Shown piece by piece: positions 40,811 through 46,641 of a DNA stretch of 46,641 bases. The position numbers and the translations under genes were made by a program. The notes below the pieces were generated by a model. That model saw nothing but the letters and a program-made list of their open reading frames with translations. It was not told the DNA's origin and did not search any database. The stretch comes from Legionellales bacterium. GTDB taxonomy: Bacteria > Pseudomonadota > Gammaproteobacteria > Eutrophobiales > Eutrophobiaceae. Numbering within the stretch: position 1 is the first letter of the stretch; each line of letters starts with the position of its first letter. The DNA is taken from assembly GCA_002721165.1 (NCBI GenBank), contig PBJS01000009.1:70124-116764 (forward strand). Direction: 5' to 3'.

Positions 40811-41236
40811 ATGGAAAAGTTCCCTATATTTGTTATAAATCATCCATATTTATTTTCATTGCTTTTTGTAATTTTAACATTGTTAATATGGAATATTTTT
40901 GGTGGAATGGTTGGTGGTGTTAAGTTGTTGACCGCGGACGAAGCGACTCAGCTTATTAATCGTGAAGATGCTGAACTAATAGATATACGAAGCCAAAAAG
41001 AATTTGAGAATGGCCATATCATTAATGCAAAAAATTTTAGTCTGCATGAATTGCCCGAAAAATTAAATAAGTACAGAAAAAATAACAGTAAGGGTATTAT
41101 TTTTTATTGTTCCAATGGCAGTGTCTCACTTAAGGAAGCGCAAAAATTAGTGAAACAAGGTGAAGAAATGATCTATTGCTTAAGGGGAGGTATTGCATCA
41201 TGGACAAATGCGAATTTACCCTTAACTAAAGGTTGA
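40811..41236 (+). CDS. Rhodanese-domain membrane-anchored protein (YibN-like)
   Basis: N-terminal TM, LID.R...EF..GHI..A, YC..G, L.GGI..W; upstream of secB. Confidence 0.88.
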   Translation: MEKFPIFVINHPYLFSLLFVILTLLIWNIFGGMVGGVKLLTADEATQLINREDAELIDIRSQKEFENGHIINAKNFSLHELPEKLNKYRKNNSKGIIFYCSNGSVSLKEAQKLVKQGEEMIYCLRGGIASWTNANLPLTKG

Positions 41237-41292
41237 AAGGATGTTTAATAGATATTTGTGAAAATTATAATTTTAGAATAGGTTACATAATT

Positions 41293-41772
41293 ATGGCCAA
41301 AGAAAAAAAGAAAATTGAAGAAACAACAGAAAGTCAATTCTCAATTCAAAAAATATATGTAAAAGATATATCTTTTGAGACACCAAATACACCTGATGCA
41401 TTTAAAATGGAATGGAAACCTGTTGTAGATATGAATATAACCAATGAGGCTACACCGCTCGGCGATGATCTTTTTGATGTAGTTTTGTCTGTAACTCTAA
41501 CGGTAAAGATTGATGATAAGGTAATATATTTGGTCGAAATTAATCAAGCCGGTATTTTCTTAATAAAAAACTTTCCAGAAGATTTATTGAGTCGTATGTT
41601 GGCGACATCTTGTGCAAACATTTTATTTCCATTCGCGCGTGAAGCAATTTCAGATACTGTAGTAAGAGGAGGTTTCCCTCAGTTATTACTTTCCCCCGTA
41701 GATTTTTTTGCTTTGTATGAAAAGCAAAGGGAACAAGCGTCAGAACAGGCAAAAGAAAGTACAACACACTAA
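41293..41772 (+). CDS. secB: Protein export chaperone SecB
   Basis: QF.IQKIYVKDISFETP, E..QAGIF, C..ILFPFARE, GGFPQL.LSPVDF.ALY. Start placed at ATG 41293 rather than ORF-track 41233. Confidence 0.95.
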   Translation: MAKEKKKIEETTESQFSIQKIYVKDISFETPNTPDAFKMEWKPVVDMNITNEATPLGDDLFDVVLSVTLTVKIDDKVIYLVEINQAGIFLIKNFPEDLLSRMLATSCANILFPFAREAISDTVVRGGFPQLLLSPVDFFALYEKQREQASEQAKESTTH

Positions 41773-41789
41773 CCGGAATTTATAGAATA

Positions 41790-42779
41790 ATGTCACAACC
41801 AGTTTTAGTACAAGGCGCTGGCTCATGGGGAACTGCATTGGCGTTAGTCCTTGCACGTAATAATCATCAAGTTTATCTCTGGGATATTGATTCAGATGTT
41901 ATTGAGGATATAAAGCTACGAAGACATAATGCAAGATATTTGCCCGAAATTGAAATCCCAAAAAATATTTATCCAATTGTAAAATGTGAAGAGATTCCGC
42001 CTGAAATTAAAAAAGTAATCAGCGCAGTACCCAGTCATGCATTAAGAAGTAGTTTAAGTTTCTTAAAAACACTTGATATTAGTAGTATATGTATAGCCTC
42101 TAAAGGTTTCGAACCAGGAACACATAAATTAAGTCATAAAGTCGTCGAAGAAGTAGCCGATAATTGTTCAACGGCAGTTCTTTCAGGGCCTTCTTTTGCT
42201 TTAGAGGTGGCTAAAAAATTACCGACCGCGATAACAATAGCAGCAAAAGATAATAAAGTTGCACAAGATTTTTCAAGTCTTTTTCATACAGATTTTTTTA
42301 GGGTATATATGCATTCAGATTATATTGGCGTGCAGATTGGAGGCGCAGTAAAAAATGTAATGGCAATTGCTACTGGAATTTCAGATGGTTTGGGTTTTGG
42401 TAGCAATGCACGTTCTGCAATAATTACTCGTGGCCTAGCAGAAATTATTCGCTTGGGCTTATCAATGGGAGCTCAACAAGAAACTTTTATGGGGTTAGCC
42501 GGCCTTGGCGACTTAATATTAACTTGTACTGATGATCAATCTCGTAATAGACAGCTTGGGTTATTATTGGCTGAGGGTTTATCTGTAGAAGAAGCAAGCG
42601 GAAAAATTGGGCAAGAAATAGAAGGCCTTAATACCGCTAAAGAGGTAGAGGTTTTAGCAAGAAAAAATAAAGTTGAGATGCCAATATCCGAGCAAGTTTT
42701 AAACGTTATAAATTCTAAATACACAGTAGAAGAAGCAGTACAAAATTTGATATCTCGAGAACAAAAAATCGAGATTTAG
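41790..42779 (+). CDS. gpsA: NAD(P)H-dependent glycerol-3-phosphate dehydrogenase
   Basis: GAGSWGTALA, SKG.E, LSGPSFA.EV, GGAVKNV.AI..G, GLAGLGDL.LTCT..QSRN, EG. Confidence 0.96.
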   Translation: MSQPVLVQGAGSWGTALALVLARNNHQVYLWDIDSDVIEDIKLRRHNARYLPEIEIPKNIYPIVKCEEIPPEIKKVISAVPSHALRSSLSFLKTLDISSICIASKGFEPGTHKLSHKVVEEVADNCSTAVLSGPSFALEVAKKLPTAITIAAKDNKVAQDFSSLFHTDFFRVYMHSDYIGVQIGGAVKNVMAIATGISDGLGFGSNARSAIITRGLAEIIRLGLSMGAQQETFMGLAGLGDLILTCTDDQSRNRQLGLLLAEGLSVEEASGKIGQEIEGLNTAKEVEVLARKNKVEMPISEQVLNVINSKYTVEEAVQNLISREQKIEI

Positions 42780-42810
42780 CTAGCCAATTAGTAGATAAGG
42801 GATATTAAAA

Positions 42811-44241
42811 GTGAATTTTTCAAGCCGAAAAAAAAGAATATTAGATTCTTCTGATATTAATGCAAATAACAGATTAGATTGGAAAGAAAAGAGCAAATAC
42901 TTTCATCAAGAGGACGTGAAGTATCTTTCTTTTATTATTCCAAAGAAATCAGAAGTTTTAGAGATTGGATGTGGTGTCGGAGATTTACTTTCATCACTAG
43001 AACCGGCTAGAGGTGTTGGTATCGATATAAGTGAATCTATGATTAATAATGCTAAGAAAAATTTTCCTCAATTTGAATTCGTGGTTGGTGATGTTGAGAA
43101 CTTAGAATCTCTCGATAAAATAAATGGTACTTTCGATTATATTCTTCTATCAGATACGATTGGGTACCTAGATGACTGTCAGTCAACGCTTAATTTATTA
43201 CATAAATTTTGTAAACGGGAAACTCGTATTATCATAAGTTATTATTCTTATTCATGGCAGCCTATTCTAAGGCTTGCTGAAATTTTAAAATTGAAAATAC
43301 CTCAAATTGAATTAAATTTCCTACCGGCCGACGACATCAAGAACCTTATGACTTTAGCAGATTTTGATGTCGTACAAGAAGAATGGAAACAATTATTACC
43401 AATATCATTATTTGGAATTGGAAGTCTTATCAATAAATATTTAGCAACATTACCAATAATCAGAAGACTATGTTTAAGAAATTATATTGTAGGGAGATCT
43501 CTTAAAAAGGCGAATAATCAATATGAATCTTGTTCTGTAATAATTCCATGTAAGAACGAAAAGGGGAATATTGAGAGTGCTATCCTTCGTATTCCTGACT
43601 TCTGTGAAAATCTAGAGATTATTTTTATAGAAGGACATAGTCAAGATGGAACTTACGAAGAAATAAAAAAGATTAGTTCAAAGTATAATCATAAAAATAT
43701 AAAAATATTACAACAGGATGGCTATGGGAAAGCCGATGCCGTTTACAAAGCTTTCGATCATTCAAATGGTGATATATTGATAATATTAGATGCTGATTTG
43801 ACAGTACCCCCAGAGCAACTTAGTAAATTTTGGAATGCAATTACATCGGGTAAGGGTGAATATATTAATGGCAGTCGTTTAGTTTACCCAATGGAGAAAG
43901 ATGCTATGAGGTTTTTAAATTTGATAGCAAATCAATTATTTTCTAAGATTTTTAGTTGGCTCTTGAATCAGCGTTATACTGACACGTTATGTGGAACAAA
44001 AGCATTATCACGCTCAGATTATAAAAGAATAAAAAGCAATCGATTATATTTTGGTGATTTTGATCCGTTTGGTGATTTTGATCTAATTTTTGGCAGTTCA
44101 AAACTAAATTTAAAAATGGTTGAAATACCGATCGAATATAAAGCTCGTATTTATGGAAAAACACAGATAGCACGTTTTCGACATGGATTACAGTTACTAC
44201 GAATGGTTTTGTATGGGTATCGTAAGTTGAAAGCGTTATGA
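42811..44241 (+). CDS. Fusion: class I SAM methyltransferase-like domain + DPM-synthase-like GT2 domain
   Basis: N-half VLEIGCGVG, GIDIS, GD.E; C-half VIIPCKNE.GNI, S.DGT, GK..AV, LDADL (DxD), GSRL, DTLCGTKA, EIP..Y..R.YG; GTG start. Confidence 0.85.
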   Translation: MNFSSRKKRILDSSDINANNRLDWKEKSKYFHQEDVKYLSFIIPKKSEVLEIGCGVGDLLSSLEPARGVGIDISESMINNAKKNFPQFEFVVGDVENLESLDKINGTFDYILLSDTIGYLDDCQSTLNLLHKFCKRETRIIISYYSYSWQPILRLAEILKLKIPQIELNFLPADDIKNLMTLADFDVVQEEWKQLLPISLFGIGSLINKYLATLPIIRRLCLRNYIVGRSLKKANNQYESCSVIIPCKNEKGNIESAILRIPDFCENLEIIFIEGHSQDGTYEEIKKISSKYNHKNIKILQQDGYGKADAVYKAFDHSNGDILIILDADLTVPPEQLSKFWNAITSGKGEYINGSRLVYPMEKDAMRFLNLIANQLFSKIFSWLLNQRYTDTLCGTKALSRSDYKRIKSNRLYFGDFDPFGDFDLIFGSSKLNLKMVEIPIEYKARIYGKTQIARFRHGLQLLRMVLYGYRKLKAL

Positions 44242-44321
44242 TTTATTGGTTTTTATCCAAAAGAATGATTAACAAAAAATATTGTTTTGGCCCACCATTA
44301 CCGGAAATATTTTAATTTTTT

Positions 44322-44783
44322 TTAATTAGAATAAAAATTTATTTGTTTCCATGCTTCATAAATAATAATACTTACTGTATTTGATAGATTTAAACTTCTA
44401 CTATTTTCTAACATAGGAATTTTTAGAATTTTTTCGGGTTTGAATTTATCTAAAATTTTTACTGGGAGCCCTCGAGTTTCTGGCCCAAATATAAAACTAT
44501 CATTTTTGGTAAAATTACAATCTGAATAGTATTTTTTTCCTTTTGTAGAAATAGCATATAGGGAATTTAGGCCATTTTTTTTGATATAGTCATCATAATT
44601 ATCATAGTGATAAACAATTGACCAATCGATATAATCTAATCCAGCTCGACGTAGCTCTTTTGCATTTATTTTAAAGCCAAGAGGATGAATTAAGTGCAGT
44701 TTTGCTCCTGTATTAGCGCAAAGGCGTATAATATTTCCAGTATTAGGTGGAATTTCTGGTTCAAATAGAACAACATTAAACAT
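44322..44783 (-). CDS. trmL: tRNA (C34/U34) 2'-O-methyltransferase TrmL
   Basis: VLFEPEIPPNTGNIIRLCAN, LRRAGLDY, FGPETRGLP, IPM...RSLNLSN. Confidence 0.95.
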   Translation of the reverse strand: MFNVVLFEPEIPPNTGNIIRLCANTGAKLHLIHPLGFKINAKELRRAGLDYIDWSIVYHYDNYDDYIKKNGLNSLYAISTKGKKYYSDCNFTKNDSFIFGPETRGLPVKILDKFKPEKILKIPMLENSRSLNLSNTVSIIIYEAWKQINFYSN

Positions 44784-44820
44784 AGGCTAACTTTAAATAT
44801 CTAAAAAAATAATACTCAAT

Positions 44821-45780
44821 ATGACAAAAAAATCTTCAAATGTGAAACAAAAGAAAAAACTTAGCATTGATTTTTGCGGGCTAGAATTTAACTCTCCATT
44901 GGTATTACTATCAGGATGTGTTGGTTTTGGCGAGGAGTATACACGGATTAATGGATTTTCTAATACTGACGTTGGCGCTATATGTTTAAAAGGAACCACA
45001 CTTGAACCCCGTTTGGGTAATTCCCCCCATAGAATCACCGAGACCTACATGGGTATGTTAAACGCAATAGGATTGCAAAACCCAGGGACAAAAGTAGTCG
45101 TTGATAAATACTTACCTAATCTTGATTTTTCTGAAACACGTTTCATAGCCAATTTATCAGGGACAACGATTGATGAGTATAGAGAAATAACAAAAATATT
45201 TAATGATTCTCCAATTGATGCAATGGAAATTAATATTTCTTGTCCAAATGTTAAGAAGGGCGGTCTCGAATTTGGGAATGATCCTATAATGTCGGCAAAA
45301 GTTGTCGAGGCTTGTAGAAAAGCTACAAAGAAACCACTAATAACAAAATTATCACCGAATCAGACTGATATTGCAGAAAATGCTAAATGTTGCATAGAGT
45401 CGGGGACTGATGGTTTTGCTGTTATAAATACAATGACAGGAATGGCGATCGATATAGAAAAACGTAAACCTATAATTGATAATAATCAAGGCGGACTATC
45501 GGGACCGGCAATTAAACCTATCGCACTATTAAAAGTTCACCAAGTTTATGAAGTAGCTAAGCAATACAATATACCAATAATAGGGCAAGGAGGGATCAGA
45601 ACAATAGAAGATGCTATAGAATTTATCATAGCTGGTTCAACCGCTGTTGGTATTGGCACAGCATTATTTTATGAGCCACTAGTTTGTTCAAAATTAAATC
45701 AAGGAATAATTGAATATTTAGATAGAAATAATTTAAATAGTGTTTCTGATCTTATTGGAACATTAGAATTAAATAATTAA
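44821..45780 (+). CDS. pyrD: Dihydroorotate dehydrogenase, family 1 (1B-like catalytic subunit)
   Basis: SGC.GFG.EY, KGTT.EPR.GN, MLNAIGLQNPG, EINISCPN (catalytic Cys), KLSPN, INT..GM, GGLSG.AIKP, G.GGI; no N-terminal membrane extension. Confidence 0.92.
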   Translation: MTKKSSNVKQKKKLSIDFCGLEFNSPLVLLSGCVGFGEEYTRINGFSNTDVGAICLKGTTLEPRLGNSPHRITETYMGMLNAIGLQNPGTKVVVDKYLPNLDFSETRFIANLSGTTIDEYREITKIFNDSPIDAMEINISCPNVKKGGLEFGNDPIMSAKVVEACRKATKKPLITKLSPNQTDIAENAKCCIESGTDGFAVINTMTGMAIDIEKRKPIIDNNQGGLSGPAIKPIALLKVHQVYEVAKQYNIPIIGQGGIRTIEDAIEFIIAGSTAVGIGTALFYEPLVCSKLNQGIIEYLDRNNLNSVSDLIGTLELNN

Positions 45781-45793
45781 TTTTCTATAAAAT

Positions 45794-46387
45794 CTATAAT
45801 TTATTTTTTTGAGAAATAATCATTGCCTGATTTCTAAAGCCGTTTTTAAGGTCTCCAGTTACCCCTTCTTCTTTATAAAATATTAATTTCCAGTCACTAA
45901 AAAATCTTAATAATTCATTTTCATCCAATTGGTAGTCGGGATTTTTTGGACCAGATTTATCAATTCTATTTTTTGTAAACGTTTGATAAAAAATTAATCC
46001 ATTACTTTTTATTGATTTTTTTATATTTTTTATTAACTTACGATCAAGAAATTTACTGACGACTATTACATCGAATGTATTTGGCTGTGGCGGATGTTTT
46101 AATACATCTCTAACTTCACAGCAAACTTTTAAGTTTAACTGCTTTGAGTGAATAGATAGTTTTTCTAATGCTAATTCAGATATATCCCAAGCTGTAACTT
46201 GTAGTCTATTCTCAGCAAGACATATTGCATTTAAGCCAAATCCACAGGCAAGGTCTAGTGCATCACCGTTTTTTGGTAATAGGTGTTGATTAAAAAAAAG
46301 AACATCAGAGGGGCGGGTAGATACTTCTACATTAGAATTGTAGTACTTATTCCATTTATTTTTGATTTTATTATTCAATGTCGCCAA
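45794..46387 (-). CDS. Class I SAM-dependent methyltransferase (TehB-like)
   Basis: ALDLACG.G.N...LA, WDIS, FD.I.V..FL.R, GDL; TTG start (46387, or 46378 overlapping the trkH stop). Confidence 0.8.
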   Translation of the reverse strand: MATLNNKIKNKWNKYYNSNVEVSTRPSDVLFFNQHLLPKNGDALDLACGFGLNAICLAENRLQVTAWDISELALEKLSIHSKQLNLKVCCEVRDVLKHPPQPNTFDVIVVSKFLDRKLIKNIKKSIKSNGLIFYQTFTKNRIDKSGPKNPDYQLDENELLRFFSDWKLIFYKEEGVTGDLKNGFRNQAMIISQKNKL

Positions 46388-46641
46388 AAAGCAGGTGTAA
46401 ATAAAACTAAGAGTGTAAATATTTCAAGTCGACCTAATAGCATAGCAAAGCACAAAATCCATTTAGCAAAGTTGTTAATTGCATAATAATTTTGACTAAC
46501 TTCACCTAAACCAGGTCCAAGATTATTCATACAGGCGGATAGAGCTGAGAATGCAGTTGTAAAGTCAATTTCAGTTGCCATTAATGCTAGCAGTAAGATT
46601 GTAAATATAACAACATAGACAGCTAAAAAACCCCATACTGC
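46375..46641 (-). CDS. trkH: Trk potassium uptake permease TrkH, C-terminal fragment (runs in from window edge)
   Basis: Open frame from 46641: AVWGFLAVY...AFSA..AC.NNLGPGLG...KW.L.FAMLLGRLEIFTLLVLFTP.FW. Confidence 0.92.
   Translation of the reverse strand, partial: AVWGFLAVYVVIFTILLLALMATEIDFTTAFSALSACMNNLGPGLGEVSQNYYAINNFAKWILCFAMLLGRLEIFTLLVLFTPAFWRH

Noticed and set aside
44050-44083. 16-nt direct repeat TTTGGTGATTTTGATC at 18-nt period
   Set aside because: It encodes FGDFD-P-FGDFD inside the GT2 domain; two copies only, explained by the protein sequence, not a CRISPR or VNTR.
44238-44315. 25-codon ORF (MIYWFLSKRM...) starting in an ATGA overlap with the methyltransferase-GT2 stop
   Set aside because: ATGA arises whenever TGA follows an A; no motif or similarity that I recognise. 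It could be a gene remnant, but the sequence does not support the call.

Overview
An AT-rich (by eye roughly one-third GC) chromosomal segment of a gammaproteobacterium. It is almost entirely densely packed housekeeping genes, and I found no rRNA, tRNA, CRISPR array, transposase or prophage. Order: partial rluD, bamD, nadE, a lone type IVa pilin, suhB, trmJ, a GT2 + GT-C glycosylation pair, purM, DUF2066, hda, wrbA, arsC, yihY, acyP and proS. A 23-gene plus-strand run follows (ilvIHC, psd-like, pssA, leuA, udg, rimI, cysM, exonuclease, peptide-ABC SBP, YkuD protein, two permeases, nagZ, mscS, dapF, DUF484, xerC, DUF971, ubiEJB). The window ends with yibQ, ctpA, envC, gpmI, rhodanese, secB, gpsA, a methyltransferase-GT2 fusion, trmL, family-1 pyrD, a SAM methyltransferase and partial trkH. 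The best leads are inside apparently ordinary genes: (1) a family-4 uracil-DNA glycosylase at the holD position (upstream of rimI) carrying an N-terminal motif like the DNA Pol III psi clamp-loader-binding peptide; (2) a Dpp/Opp-type ABC transporter interleaved with a signal-less YkuD (ElsL-like) enzyme and nagZ, a candidate muropeptide import/recycling operon; (3) a phosphatidylserine decarboxylase homolog with all three catalytic residues replaced but an intact ORF; (4) a gamma-type ProRS with the editing domain cleanly deleted; (5) a GtrB-like GT2 paired with a PIG-B/ALG9-like GT-C near a six-cysteine orphan pilin. All family assignments come from motifs read by eye and recalled reference sequences. 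No database search was run.
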